Notes: generated by a model from the letters alone, not told the origin. Shown: positions 50,938 to 62,251, counted from the first letter of the stretch. The stretch: 64,000 nucleotides of DNA from Nitrospirota bacterium (GCA_963818475.1 CAWFSF010000006.1:2240001-2304000); one strand, 5' to 3'. Made by a program: numbers and translations.

Positions 50938-52025
50938 ACCTTAACCTCCCGCGCGCCAGGCGCGATGATCACCATGTCGTACTTCATGGGGAAAATATCC
51001 GTTGTCTTGTCCCGGTCCGGCACCGCACTGTCCACGCCGCAGACCTCGGACATGAGCGCGTACTTGCCTTGCTTACCCCCGACGATGCCGGGTCGAAGCT
51101 TCTTCGAGTCCTGTACCATGAAGACCGTGCCGTCGGGCGTAAAACCGATAATGCAGTTAGGGCCGTCGATGCAAAGCGGCCGGAGCGATTTTTTGAGCAG
51201 CCGGAGCGCCGGAGCGTCGGAACGGCCGGCGATCTCGCTGTCCTTCATCGGGGTTATAATGTCCTTATAGTAAGAAAGCGGATACCCGAGGGTCCGGTTC
51301 GTATAGTGCATGATGTGGGTGAAGACCTCGGAGTCGGAGTTGTACCCCATGTACCCCGGGTTGCCGCGGCCCATGAGAAACTCGCGGATCGGAACGAAAG
51401 CCGTGTTCTCGCCATTCGTCATGGTGCCGTAGCCCTGGATGAAAAAGGGATGGCAGGCATAAAGATAGATGGCGTAGTTAGTGTTCTGTCGGCCCTGGGC
51501 AAGAACGATCTTGGCCTTGACGTCGGACCGGTCGAGGCCGAAGAACTCGCCCACCTGGAGCGGATCGCCGACCTCCTTGAGCGTCAGCACGTCGGGGTAG
51601 AAGGAGAAGACAAAGAGCGACCCGTCGGGCTCGCCCATGCACCGGAGGGCCAGCCTCGTATTCATGAGCAGGTCCTCCTTCTCGCGCAAGGGTTTATCCC
51701 GGTACGATTCGGGATAATCATACACCTTGGCGATATAGTGCTCACGGCGTTCGATACCCGGTACGTTCTTGATGGAGGGCGCCCAGGTAAACTTCTCCTT
51801 GAATCCATGGGTCTTCATGTATTCGTCCAGGTCCCGAAGCCCCTTGTTCGAACAGATCGCGGAAAGAACGGGAAATCCCTTGAACTCCGCGAAGGGCCCG
51901 CCCAGGTCCTTGAGCATCAGGCCGAGCCCGGACCCGTCATGGCCTTCCTTCATGGTCTCGAGCGCATGGATGTTCTCCATGGGGGAGAAATAGTCGCTCG
52001 ATGTTATTGCGCTCAAACGGCACAT
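50916..52025 (-). CDS. Glutamate synthase amidotransferase subunit (class II, Ntn)
   Basis: N-terminal Met-Cys, QGRQNTN, CHPF, NGEN, SDSEV and KKLRP. Confidence 0.9.
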   Translation of the reverse strand: MCRLSAITSSDYFSPMENIHALETMKEGHDGSGLGLMLKDLGGPFAEFKGFPVLSAICSNKGLRDLDEYMKTHGFKEKFTWAPSIKNVPGIERREHYIAKVYDYPESYRDKPLREKEDLLMNTRLALRCMGEPDGSLFVFSFYPDVLTLKEVGDPLQVGEFFGLDRSDVKAKIVLAQGRQNTNYAIYLYACHPFFIQGYGTMTNGENTAFVPIREFLMGRGNPGYMGYNSDSEVFTHIMHYTNRTLGYPLSYYKDIITPMKDSEIAGRSDAPALRLLKKSLRPLCIDGPNCIIGFTPDGTVFMVQDSKKLRPGIVGGKQGKYALMSEVCGVDSAVPDRDKTTDIFPMKYDMVIIAPGAREVKVWNQLHG

Positions 52026-52262
52026 GCTGTTGCTCCTCTTCTTACCGCCAGTGATGGTGGGGAAAAATCACCCGGGCAGGAAAAACCATGCGTTGTCGCC
52101 TGCCGGTACCGTAGGGGACTACCCTTCAATTATAAACGGGGAGTATCGGATTTGGGAGTTCGCTATGGTTTTGTTTCCGCCCCAGGGGGAATCCGGGCTG
52201 CCGGCGAGAACGATCACCTCCAGGCGGGGAAACGCCTGCGATGCACATGCTCAACCAGCGGC

Positions 52263-52350
52263 AAAAAGCCCCTTTACGAGGGGCTTTTTAATCGGCAATA
52301 CCTTTGCCGTATGACTAGGTAAAATACACCGGGTAAAGCTCTGCTGTCAA
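52263..52350 (-). promoter_or_regulatory. Promoter followed by a hairpin and terminator-like stem (possible attenuator) upstream of glutamate synthase
   Basis: TTGACA-18 nt-TATTTT, then CGGCAA-AGGTA-TTGCCG, then AAAAAGCCCCT-CGTAA-AGGGGCTTTTT. Confidence 0.55.
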
Positions 52351-52656
52351 GCAAAAATTGAGCGCGGCAGGGGGAGGGATCGCGCTGAATCGGAAGCGAG
52401 CTACGCGGCCGAGGAATGGGTCCTTGCAAGGGAGGACGTAGAGTAAATAAGATCCTTGAGCGGGACCAGACGGGAAATATTCGAAGAGCGTTGACATGGC
52501 CTTGCTCTCGGTGACAATGCCGTTTCGTTTTTTGCTTTTTCGAAACGAGAGGTCATGCCGCCTCTTTCAGGATCATCCGCCTGAACTGTAGCTTCTTTTA
52601 GCTCCTTGTTTCAGCGAATACCGAAGCTGTACATCAGGGTATTTTGGAACTACTCA

Positions 52657-53358
52657 CTAATAATACAGCAACATAAGGAGCAGAAAAGCCAGACTCTTTG
52701 CCACTTCTATCCAGCCTGTGGTCTGCAGCCTCACCTTATAAAGGGTGGCAGCCGCTATGAGGTTTTCCAGGAGCGGCAGGAGAGGAAGAAGCGAGAGGTG
52801 GAAACCGCGATACACAACAACGACAAACAGCACATACAGTACCGCGAGCACCCGATCCATTGATTTCTTGAACAGGAGCACCTTGACCTTGAATACGCCC
52901 GCGGTGAAATACAGTGCCACAGCCACAAAGAGCCGGACATCGATCCCGTTCGTTATCAGGAACTTCGCCAGCACAGCCGCGAGGCTCAGCAGGGCGAAGC
53001 CGAGCAGCTCGGTAAGGAGGAAATGCTCGCCTGCGAAGCGGTTCATCAGCAGATATGCCGTAGGGATAACAAGAAGGGGCAGGAGCCTAGGCACGTCGCT
53101 GCCGAAAACCGCAACGAGAACGGCCGTTGCCGCAACGATCTGGCAGATGAAGATGACGAAGTACCGCTGGTCCCCTTTTTTCCTGAGCCATTTCGAGAAA
53201 GCCTGCTTCGAGTTGACCAGCATGGCGAGAGCAAGAAACAGGGGGAAAACCAGCCACGTAAAACCACGGCTGACGCCGATGCCGACAAGGAAGGCGATGA
53301 TCAATACACTCCAGGAGCCGTATTCTTTGAGGAAATAGCCTTTGGTTTCAGTTCTCAT
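52657..53358 (-). CDS. YwiC-like membrane protein
   Basis: N-terminal KEYGSW, many TM helices and C-terminal GWIE. Confidence 0.72.
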   Translation of the reverse strand: MRTETKGYFLKEYGSWSVLIIAFLVGIGVSRGFTWLVFPLFLALAMLVNSKQAFSKWLRKKGDQRYFVIFICQIVAATAVLVAVFGSDVPRLLPLLVIPTAYLLMNRFAGEHFLLTELLGFALLSLAAVLAKFLITNGIDVRLFVAVALYFTAGVFKVKVLLFKKSMDRVLAVLYVLFVVVVYRGFHLSLLPLLPLLENLIAAATLYKVRLQTTGWIEVAKSLAFLLLMLLYY

Positions 53359-53536
53359 GCCTGCAGTATACCATTGAGAAAGGAAGAGCGTGTATGAGGA
53401 AAATCATAAAAAGCAAAAAGCGCGGCATGTTATGCTGTGGGAAGGAGCGACAGATGGCGGAAATGGCGGATCGGCGCTTTGCATACCTTGTTCTGCCTGA
53501 AGGCTGCGACCTGCCTCCCGGACACGTGCTTCGGTC

Positions 53537-54460
53537 TTAGTCGAACCCGAGCGCTATGCCGAGCCCGGCATACGACAGCCTGTTGACATAGAATTGTCCA
53601 TGCGGCGAGTACCCTTTGTAAGCCTCTAAGAGCACGCGGATAAATCTGCCGTTGGGTATAGAGCTGTCGAACTGAAGCCCCGCCTTGAGTGATCCATTCA
53701 CTGCCCAGTCATGTTCCTGATCGATCTTGAGATCGAGCCCGCCGACGAGCCGACCGCGGCCCAGGACCGGGTCGGTCCCGTAATACTCGACCCCTCCCTG
53801 CGCTGCCCACGGGCGCAGTTCATGCGGAACCTTGTGGAGGAAGTACTCGCCGCCGCCATAGACACGCCACTCCCGCCATTCCCGGGACCAGATAACATTC
53901 AGGGCCTCATAGGAAAATTCGATACGGTCCGTTTTGGACTGGAGCAGGTACTCATCGCCCAGATGAGAGCTCTGATGATAAAGCGCGATCCGCACCGAAA
54001 CAGGGCCCTTACGGTAGCTCATGGGAAAACCGATGGTATAGTCGGCATTGACCAGGGCACGGGACGGCATATCGAGGTTGAACTGCGCATGGATGCCACC
54101 GCCGAAGTTCATCTGCCATGCAGACCCCTCAGCCCGGTCGATATGCCGGTAAATACCGAAGATCTCGCCGAATCCGCCGGTCGCGGCGTTAATGGACTGC
54201 GATTGATACACATAGTGGCGATAACTGAGGTAGAAGTGAGGTTCTTTGGGGTCTGCCAGAAGAGGCCGGAAGAGGTCGCCTAAAGGAAGGAATATTGTCT
54301 CAGCAGGGGAAACGGAGGAGCCAGCCGGGGCAATTATTTCACTGCCCGTTCCAGGAGTATGCGAAGCGAATTCAGTGGCATGAGAGGCCGGCGTCAGTGC
54401 GATCAGGATGAAAAAGACGAGCGCGACTGAACCAGCACAATTCCGGAAGAACAGGTTCAT
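53537..54460 (-). CDS. DUF1207-like exported protein, probable beta-barrel
   Basis: Own ATG and signal peptide (MNLFFRN...ASHA); FRPLLADPKE, LVNADY, YHQSSHLGDE and GYSPHGQF. Confidence 0.75.
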   Translation of the reverse strand: MNLFFRNCAGSVALVFFILIALTPASHATEFASHTPGTGSEIIAPAGSSVSPAETIFLPLGDLFRPLLADPKEPHFYLSYRHYVYQSQSINAATGGFGEIFGIYRHIDRAEGSAWQMNFGGGIHAQFNLDMPSRALVNADYTIGFPMSYRKGPVSVRIALYHQSSHLGDEYLLQSKTDRIEFSYEALNVIWSREWREWRVYGGGEYFLHKVPHELRPWAAQGGVEYYGTDPVLGRGRLVGGLDLKIDQEHDWAVNGSLKAGLQFDSSIPNGRFIRVLLEAYKGYSPHGQFYVNRLSYAGLGIALGFD

Positions 54461-54510
54461 AAGATGAAGTATAGCGGATTGGCTGGCAGTTTGTCGCCGG
54501 TGTCCAAAAG

Positions 54511-55970
54511 CTAAGCAAGCCAAACCGGCGATCGAGGCCTTGGCGAAATCGAGCAGCTGAGCCGGCAATACGCCGATGTAGATGACGAAGGACGCTGAAA
54601 TTGCCAGCGCCAGCGCCAGCGACGGGGCCCGGGAGATCTCGAATGACCCGACGGGGTCCTTCATATACATGACCATGATAACGCGCAGATAGAAATAGGC
54701 GCTGATCGATGAAAGCAGGACGCCGACAACGGCAAGCCAGACAAGGCCCGCTTGTACGGCTGACTGGAAGATATAGAACTTGCCGACAAAACCGGCTGTC
54801 GGCGGTATGCCCGTGAGCGAGAACATGAAGATCAGCATGAGGAAGGCTGCGGTCTTGTTGGTCTTGCCCAGGCCGGCAAAGTCCGCGATGTCCTCGCCCC
54901 GCTCCCCCGCCTTGCGCAGCATGATCACCACGCCGAAGGCCCCCATGTTCATGAGCGCGTAAATGCAGACGTAGAGCATGACGCTCGCGGCACCGTCGGG
55001 ACCGCCGGCAGCCAGGCCGACGAGTGCATAACCCGCATGGGCAATGGAGGAATAGGCGAGCATGCGTTTGATGTTCGTCTGCGACAAGGCCATGATGTTG
55101 CCCGACAGCCATGGTCAGCACGGCCAGACCCGCCAGGATCGCGGTCGATTGTTCATGGAGCGGCTGGAGCGCATACAGGAAGACCCTGAGCAGCACGGCA
55201 AAACCGGCGACCTTGGGACCGGCGGACATGAACGCCGTGACCGACGTCGGCGCCCCTTCGTATACGTCCGGCACCCACATATGGAATGGCGCTGCAGCCA
55301 CCTTGAATCCGAAGCTCACGACCAGCATGATCATGGACAGCATCAGGACCGGGTTCGTCAGGTCAGCCTTCTGGAGGAACAGCAGGATGCCGGCCAGGTT
55401 CGTGGTGCCCGTGATTCCGTACATCAGCGACATGCCGTACAGCATGATCCCCGACGAGAAGGCGCCCAGGAGCAGATACTTGATAGCCGCTTCATTGGAA
55501 CGGTTGCTGCCCCGCATGAAGCCGGCGAGGACATAGATCGAAAGGGCCATGAGCTCGAGTCCGAGGTACAGCGTGATAAGGTCCCCGGCCGAGGCCATGA
55601 GCATCATGCCGCACGTGGAAAAGAGCATCAGTGCGTAATACTCGCCGCGGTGGATATCCTCTTCTTTAAGGTAATTGATCGAGACGAGGATGCCCAGGCC
55701 GCAGGCGCTGTAAAAAACGAACTTGAAATACGTCGAGAACGGATCGATGAGGAACGTTCCCGAGAACACAGAGCCGGAGGCGCCGATCGCTCCATAGCTC
55801 GCCACGGCGGCAAATGACACGCAGCCGAGACTGAACCATCCGAGGTATCCTTTATATTTCTTGTCCGTGAAAAAATCGAGGATCAACACCAGCAGGCCGC
55901 CGGCAATGATAATGATCTCCGGTGCAAGGGACGTCATGGATTGTGCTATTTCCTGGATCGAGCTGGACAT
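54511..55970 (-). CDS. nuoN: NADH-quinone oxidoreductase subunit N; probable indels near 55103 and 54520
   Basis: EAAIKYLLLGA and GFKVAAAPFHMWVPDVYEGAP, then after the shift KRMLAYSSIAHAGY and GIPPTAGFVGK. Confidence 0.92.
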
Positions 55971-56015
55971 CGATATCTCCTCACAGATTCCACTGGAATA
56001 AAACTCCTGACAAAA

Positions 56016-57556
56016 CTACTTCGCGAGCAGGGAACCCACCGCTTGGGCCATGGCAGGAACGTGCTGGACTTTGGCGTTCACCTGCTGAATAAGATTGGAT
56101 GCGGACATATGGATCATCTGGAGCGCCGCATTCGGATAGAGGCCGATGAAGAAGACCAGTATCACCAGCGGCAACGATGCGGCGATCTCCCGCAGGTTCA
56201 TATCAACAAGATGTTCGTTATGCGGGATTCGTGATCTTGCCGAAGGCCACACGCTGATAGAGCCAGAGCATGTATCCCGCGCCGAGAATGATCCCGAGCG
56301 AGGCGATCACGGCATAGGGCTTATAGTGCATGAACGCGCCGAGCAGGATGGCAAACTCGCCGATGAAGCCGTTCGTGCCCGGCAAGCCGATGGACGAAAA
56401 GGTGATGATCATCAGGAACGTGGCATAGATCGGGACCCTGGCTGCGATGCCGCCGTAGTCGGCGATCACCCGCGTATGGGTCCGTTCGTATATCACACCC
56501 ACGGCAAGGAACAACGCTCCCGTCGAGATGCCGTGGTTCAGCATCTGCAGGATCCCGCCCTCAAGCCCCTGGCTGTTCAGGGCAAAGATGCCGAGGGTGA
56601 CAAAACCCATATGGCTGACGCTCGAGTAGGCAATCAGTTTCTTGAAGTCCGTCTGCGCAAAGGCCATGTAGGCCCCGTAGATGATCGCGATCACCGAAAG
56701 GATCATGATGGCCGGGGTCCAGGCTGAGCGCGGCGTCAGGGAAGAACGGCAGCGAGAACCGGAGGAAGCCGTAGGCGCCCATCTTGATCAGGATGCCGGC
56801 CAGGATGATGCTGCCTGCAGTGGGCGCTTCCACGTGTGCGTCGGGCAGCCAGGTGTGGACCGGGAACATCGGCACCTTGACCGCAAAGGCCGCGAAAAAG
56901 GCAATGAAAGCAAATATCTGGAACGTATAGGTGAACTGGTGGTTCATGATGGCCAGCACATCGAAGGTCTTACCCGCGGCAACGTAAATGGCCATGATGG
57001 CGACGAGCATGAGCACGCTGCCCACGAGAGTGTAGAGAAAGAACTTGATGGCAGCGTAAAGCCGGTTCGGTCCTCCCCAGATGCCGATCAGCAGGTACAT
57101 GGGGATGAGCATGGCTTCCCAGAAGATATAGAACAGGAAAAGGTCAAGCGAGGTAAAGACGCCGATCATAGCCGCTTCAAGGAACAGGATGGCAATCATG
57201 AACTCCCGCACCCGGTCCTGAATGGCGGTCCAGGACACCATGATCGAGATGACCGTCAGGAGGGCTGTCAGCGCCACAAAGAGGATGCTGATGCCGTCAA
57301 CGCCGAGCTTGTAGCTGATGCCCCAGGCGGCGATCCAGGGCAGGTTCTCGCCGAACTGCATGTTCGCGGTCGTCGTGTCAAAATTCGTGAGCAGCGGCAG
57401 ACAGAGCGCAAGATCGATGACCGCGACGCTTACGGCGATCCAGCGTACTGCCGCGGCGTTCCTGACGAACAGCAGGATGAACGAACCGATCACGGGAATG
57501 AAGATCAGGAGGCTCAACAGCGGGTATCCGAGCTGGTTCGGGATCAATTCAAGCAT
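56016..57556 (-). CDS. nuoM: NADH-quinone oxidoreductase subunit M; probable indels near 56720 and 56222
   Basis: FYIFWEAMLIPMY, KVPMFPVHTWLPDAHVEAP, KKLIAYSSVSHMG and GLPGTNGFIGEF. Confidence 0.93.
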
Positions 57557-57636
57557 GGATCTGACTCCTTTGGCAAATGGATACTGATGTCAACGCAAAC
57601 CACGAGGCATCTGTTTCAATGATAAGCTGCGCCCTG

Positions 57637-59569
57637 CTAACGCAGAACGTAGTACAATCCCACGAGGACCACCAGGCCAAGCGCCATGGTAAATGCATAC
57701 TGCTGCACATAGCCGGTCTGGATCTTCCGGCTTTGCTGGCTCGTCGAACTGATCGCCTGCGCAAGGCCGTTCACTGCACCGTCGATGATTTTGACATCGC
57801 CGATCGTATAGAGAATCTTCGCCAGTTTGTGAACCAGGCCGTCAACAAAAATGTAGTTGTAGATTTCGTCAACCTTATATTTATTAAGGAGCAGCGTGTA
57901 AGCACCCTTGTACTTCTCCGCCCAGTAGGCGGGCCGGGAAGGGTTCTTTACATACCATGCATAGGCGCTTCTGATCCCGGCAAGCGCGACCACGACGGAA
58001 AACACCATCAGGCCAAGCTCGAACCAGTGGCTTTCTGCCGCAGCTGCATGCTCAGCATGCGGAAAGAGCGGTGCGAGAAAATCGCCAAACAGGTTCATGT
58101 GAGGAATGATCGCCCCGGGCATCCCGATCCAGCCGATGACCACGGAGAAAAACGCAAGGATCATGAGCGGGACGGTCATGACCTTCGGCGACTCGTGCAC
58201 ATGGTGCTCGACCTCGTGGTCCATGCGGGATTTTCCGTAGAAGGTCAGGTAGATCAGCCGGAATGAATAGAATGCCGTCATGAAGGCGGCGGCCACGCCG
58301 AGGACCCACAGCCCGCGGCCCAGCGTCGATGCATTGTAAGCGCTCCAGAGGATCTCGTCCTTGCTGAAAAAGCCCGCAAAGGGAAAGATCCCGGCCAGGG
58401 CAAGAGAGCCGATGATGAACACCGCATGGGTGATCTTGATCTTGGACTTGAGCGCGCCCATCTTGCGCATATCCTGCTCGCCCGACAGTGCATGGATCAC
58501 GCTGCCCGAGGCAAGGAACAGGAGCCCCTTGAAGAACGCATGGGTCGTGAGGTGAAAGATGCCTGCCGAGAACGCCCCGACCCCGAGCCCCAGGAACATA
58601 TAGCCGAGCTGACTGATCGTTGAATAGGCGATGACGCGCTTGATGTCATTCTGCACCAGGCCGATGGTCGCGGCAAAGACCGCGGTCAGCCCGCCGACGA
58701 TGGCAACGACATTCATCGCGGTCGGAGAGAGCGAGAAGATCGGCGCACAGCGCGCCACCATGAAGACGCCGGCGGTGACCATGGTCGCCGCATGGATCAG
58801 GGCGCTGACCGGCGTGGGGCCTTCCATGGCGTCCGGGAGCCAGACGTAGAGCGGAAGCTGGGCGGACTTGCCCATGGCTCCCACGAACAATAGCAGCGCG
58901 ATCAGGGTAATCACACTGATCTCTGACCCGAAGAGCAGGTAGTTGAAATTGGCGGCCGGATCGGCAACGGCCTTGAAGACCTCGGCGAAAGTTCAGTGTG
59001 CCGAAGGTGACAAAGATCAGGAGCATGCCGAGCAGGAAGCCGAAGTCGCCTACGCGGTTCACGACAAAGGCCTTGATGCCGGCATCGGAGGCTGATTTTT
59101 TCTCATACCAGAAGCCGATCAGGAGGTAGGAGCAGAGGCCGACCCCTTCCCAGCCCACGAACATGAGCAGGAAGCTGTTGGCCATGACCAGCACCAGCAT
59201 GAAGAAGGTAAAGAGCGCCAAATAGGAGAAGAACCGGGCAAAACCTTTGTCGCCGTGCATATATCCCACGGAGTAGATGTGAATAAGGGAACTGAGCGTG
59301 GTCACGACCAGGAGCATGACCGTGGTCAACTGGTCGATCTGCAGCCCCACATTCACCGAGAGCGTACCGATGGAGATCCAGGAATAGAGGTTCTCATTGA
59401 TGATCGTCCCGCCGAGCACATCGAAGAAGGCGCTCACGGAAAGCACGAACGCCCCGACCACGCCGAGAATGGGGAAGTAGGCGGCCCTCTCCTTCAGGAA
59501 TTTCCCGAACAGACCGGCGATCAGGAAGCCGGCGAAGGGCAGCAGCGGTATCAGTGCATATTTAAGCAT
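57637..59569 (-). CDS. nuoL: NADH-quinone oxidoreductase subunit L; probable indel near 58990
   Basis: GWEGVGLCSYLLIGFW, NRVGDFG and GKSAQLPLYVWLPDAMEGPTPVSALIHAATMV. Confidence 0.94.
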
Positions 59570-59586
59570 AATCACCTCTTCGAGGT

Positions 59587-59707
59587 AAATTCCAAACTTC
59601 AATTTCCAAATCTCAAATAAAATCCAAATTTCAAATTCGAATCATAGAACATTTGCCTCTTGGTACTTGGAATTTATTTGTAATTTGGCGCTTGGGCTTT
59701 GGGATTT
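59587..59707. repeat. 7-nt-periodic mirror-symmetric intergenic element, copy C
   Basis: Left arm AAATTCC AAACTTC AATTTCC AAATCTC AAATAAAATCC...; right arm reverse complement AAATCCC AAAGCCC AAGCGCC AAATTAC AAATAAATTCC... Confidence 0.8.
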
Positions 59708-59714
59708 CCCGATT

Positions 59715-60017
59715 TTATCCCTTCATGATGTTAAAGTCTTCCACGTGGATACTCCCGCGGTTGCGGGCCAGGAGGATGATGATCGCCAGAGCCACCGCTG
59801 CCTCGGCAGCGGCCACGGTGATGACAAAGATCACGAAGATCTGGCCGGTGAGCGACTGCAGATAGTGCGAGAATGCGACCAGGTTGATGTTCGCCGCATT
59901 CAGCATGAGCTCGATGGACATCAGGACGATGAACACATTGCGGCGGCTCAGCACGCCGACAACACCGATGGTGAACAACCCGGCACTCAGCAGGATATAC
60001 CAGGACAAGGGGATCAT
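59715..60017 (-). CDS. nuoK: NADH-quinone oxidoreductase subunit K
   Basis: [22 protein letters not shown]...AAAEAAVAL. Confidence 0.95.
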   Translation of the reverse strand: MIPLSWYILLSAGLFTIGVVGVLSRRNVFIVLMSIELMLNAANINLVAFSHYLQSLTGQIFVIFVITVAAAEAAVALAIIILLARNRGSIHVEDFNIMKG

Positions 60018-60034
60018 GGAAACCTCCGGTTTCC

Positions 60035-60107
60035 ATTGCGGAGGAAGATTGCAGAATTTGGATTGAGATTCAGCAAAAGCCGCAATCCGAAATCCGAAAT
60101 CCGCAAT
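60035..60107. repeat. 7-nt-periodic inverted element with AATCCG units
   Basis: ATTGCGG...ATTGCAG...ATTTGG ATTG | AAAGCCG CAATCCG AAATCCG AAATCCG CAAT; terminal inverted repeat ATTGCGG/CCGCAAT. Confidence 0.72.
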
Positions 60108-60115
60108 GTACTTAT

Positions 60116-60626
60116 CTATTCATTCGTTTTCTTCTTCGCCAGCATTACAGCACCCACGAGCCCGACCAGCAGGATGATGGACGCGATCTCGAACGGCACC
60201 AGGTAGTTGGTATACAGTTCAATGCCGAGGGCACCAACCCCGGTACTCGAGACATCGCGCATCGGTTGGCCCGCGTCTGCCGGAAATCTGCCCTTAATGA
60301 CAAGCAATCCGATCTCACCGGCGATCAGCACGCCAAAACCGACGAGCCAGGGCCAGAAACGGTTTGCCCGCAGCGCGGTAGACCTCGCGGTCCACGCTCA
60401 GGAGCATGGCCACGAAGAGGTACAGGATCAGGATGGCCCCGGCATACACGATAAGCTGCACCGCAGCCAGGAACTCCGCGTTCAGCAACACGAATACGCC
60501 TGCAATATGAAAGAAGAGCAGGAGCATGAACATCACGCTATGGATGGGGTTCTTCCGGGTGACCGTGAGGACCGCCGATACGAGGATCACTGCGGCAAAA
60601 TACAGGAAGATAAGTTTATGCGCCAT
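60116..60626 (-). CDS. nuoJ: NADH-quinone oxidoreductase subunit J; probable indel near 60370
   Basis: [17 protein letters not shown] and [19 protein letters not shown]. Confidence 0.92.
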
Positions 60627-61113
60627 TACTTCTTTACCGCCTTTCCGCCCATGTAGTGGTCGCCCACATCGACAAGACGGTCCTTGGTATAGAACGCATC
60701 TTTCCGGTCATAGCAGGCAAGCTCGAACTCGGGGGTCATCAGGATCGCCGAAACAGGGCACGCATCGATGCAGAAACCGCAGAACACGCACCGGAGCAGG
60801 TCAAGTTCGTAGGAGTTCACCACTTTTTCGATGGTCTGGCCCTTCGGACGTCACCACCGTAATGGCCTTGGAAGGACAGACCGCCTCGCAGAGACCGCAG
60901 CCGATGCACGCCGCTGCGCCCTTTTCATCGCGGCGCATGGCATGGAGCCCGCGCGAACCCGGGGATGGGTTTGCGCTTGAAGGCCGGGTACTGCCGCGTC
61001 CTCGCATAGGGTATCATACGTTTTTGACGGGTGAGCATGGTCTTGAGCGTCAGGGCCATGCCCTGTGCGATCTCGATCATGAAGATCGTTTTGAGCAGCT
61101 TTTTATTTTTCAT
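60626..61113 (-). CDS. nuoI: NADH-quinone oxidoreductase subunit I; several probable indels
   Basis: [12 protein letters not shown] and [12 protein letters not shown] occur in successive frames. Confidence 0.88.
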
Positions 61114-61154
61114 GTCATTTACTCCTCACTCCGCCCTCGCTCAAACCTCTCCGT

Positions 61155-62242
61155 CTACAGCCAGCCCAGCTGCTTCATACCTGCCGCCACGAGCAGCGTG
61201 CAGAGCGACAAGGGGAGAAAAATCTTCCAGGAAATCTTCATGAGCTGGTCATAACGGTACCGGGGAAGCGTTGCCCGGATCCACATGTAGAAAAAGATGA
61301 AGAAGTACAGCTTTGCCAGCAGCCAGAGCGTCGGGGGCAGGGCCGCGAACATCCGGTTGATGAATGCTATTGAGGTGAGATGGCCAAACGCGGTGTTGGG
61401 AAGAATCTGCACCGGCAGCCAGCCGCCGAGGAACATGATGCTCGCCAGGAGCGAGACCACCATCATGTTCATGTACTCTGCCATGAAGAAGAGGCCGAAG
61501 CGAATGCCGCTGTACTCGGTGAAGTATCCCGCCACGAGCTCGCTCTCTGCCTCGGGCAGGTCGAAAGGAACACGGTTCGTCTCTGCAATGGCCGAAACCA
61601 GATAGAGGAAAAATGCCACCGGGCCCACGGGCAGCGCGATAATGAACCATTGCTTGCTCTGGGCATTCACAATATCGTTCAGGTTCAGCGAGCCGGCCAG
61701 GAGCACCACGGTGAGGATCGCAAAGGCCATGGGGATCTCGTAGCTGATCATCTGGGCTGCGGACCGGAACCCTCCCATGAGGGAATACTTGTTGTTCGAC
61801 GCCCAGCCGGCCATGATGACGCCGTAGGTGCCGATGCTGGCGAACGCGACGATAAAAAGAACACCTACGTTCAGGTTCGACACCCAGAGCGGGACCGTAT
61901 GGGACAGCAGACCGAAAAAGTCGTGGGCGGTCCAAAGGGTATGACCACAAAGGCGCCAAACGCCATGACGAGCATGAGGATCGGCGCAATGCTGAAGACC
62001 CATTTGTCGGCCTTGGCCGGGATGATGTCCTCTTTCATGATGAACTTGACCGCATCGGCGATCGGCTGCAGGATCCCGTGCCAGCCGGTCCGCATCGGGC
62101 CCAGGCGCCCCTGCATATGCGCAAGCACCTTGCGCTCCATGAGCTGCAGATACATCGCATTGGCCAGGATGAAAGCCAGCAGCACCACAATGGGAATGAC
62201 GAGCGTATAGAGGATGTTGAGTACCAGGTTCAGATCAGGCAT
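61155..62242 (-). CDS. nuoH: NADH-quinone oxidoreductase subunit H; probable indel near 61920
   Basis: ERKVLAHMQGRLGP, QPIADAVK, AETNRVPFDLPEAESEL and PRYRYDQLM. Confidence 0.94.
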
Positions 62243-62251
62243 GTTCTGCTC

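Noticed and set aside
53537-55093. Apparent NuoN C-terminus fused to a DUF1207-like protein (518-aa ORF)
   Set aside because: Removing one base near 54520 ends NuoN at the TAG at 54511-54513, and the downstream protein has its own ATG and signal peptide. Most likely an indel artefact.
57560-57636. Possible periodic inverted relic between nuoL and nuoM (and in 55975-56015)
   Set aside because: Too degenerate to distinguish from chance by eye.
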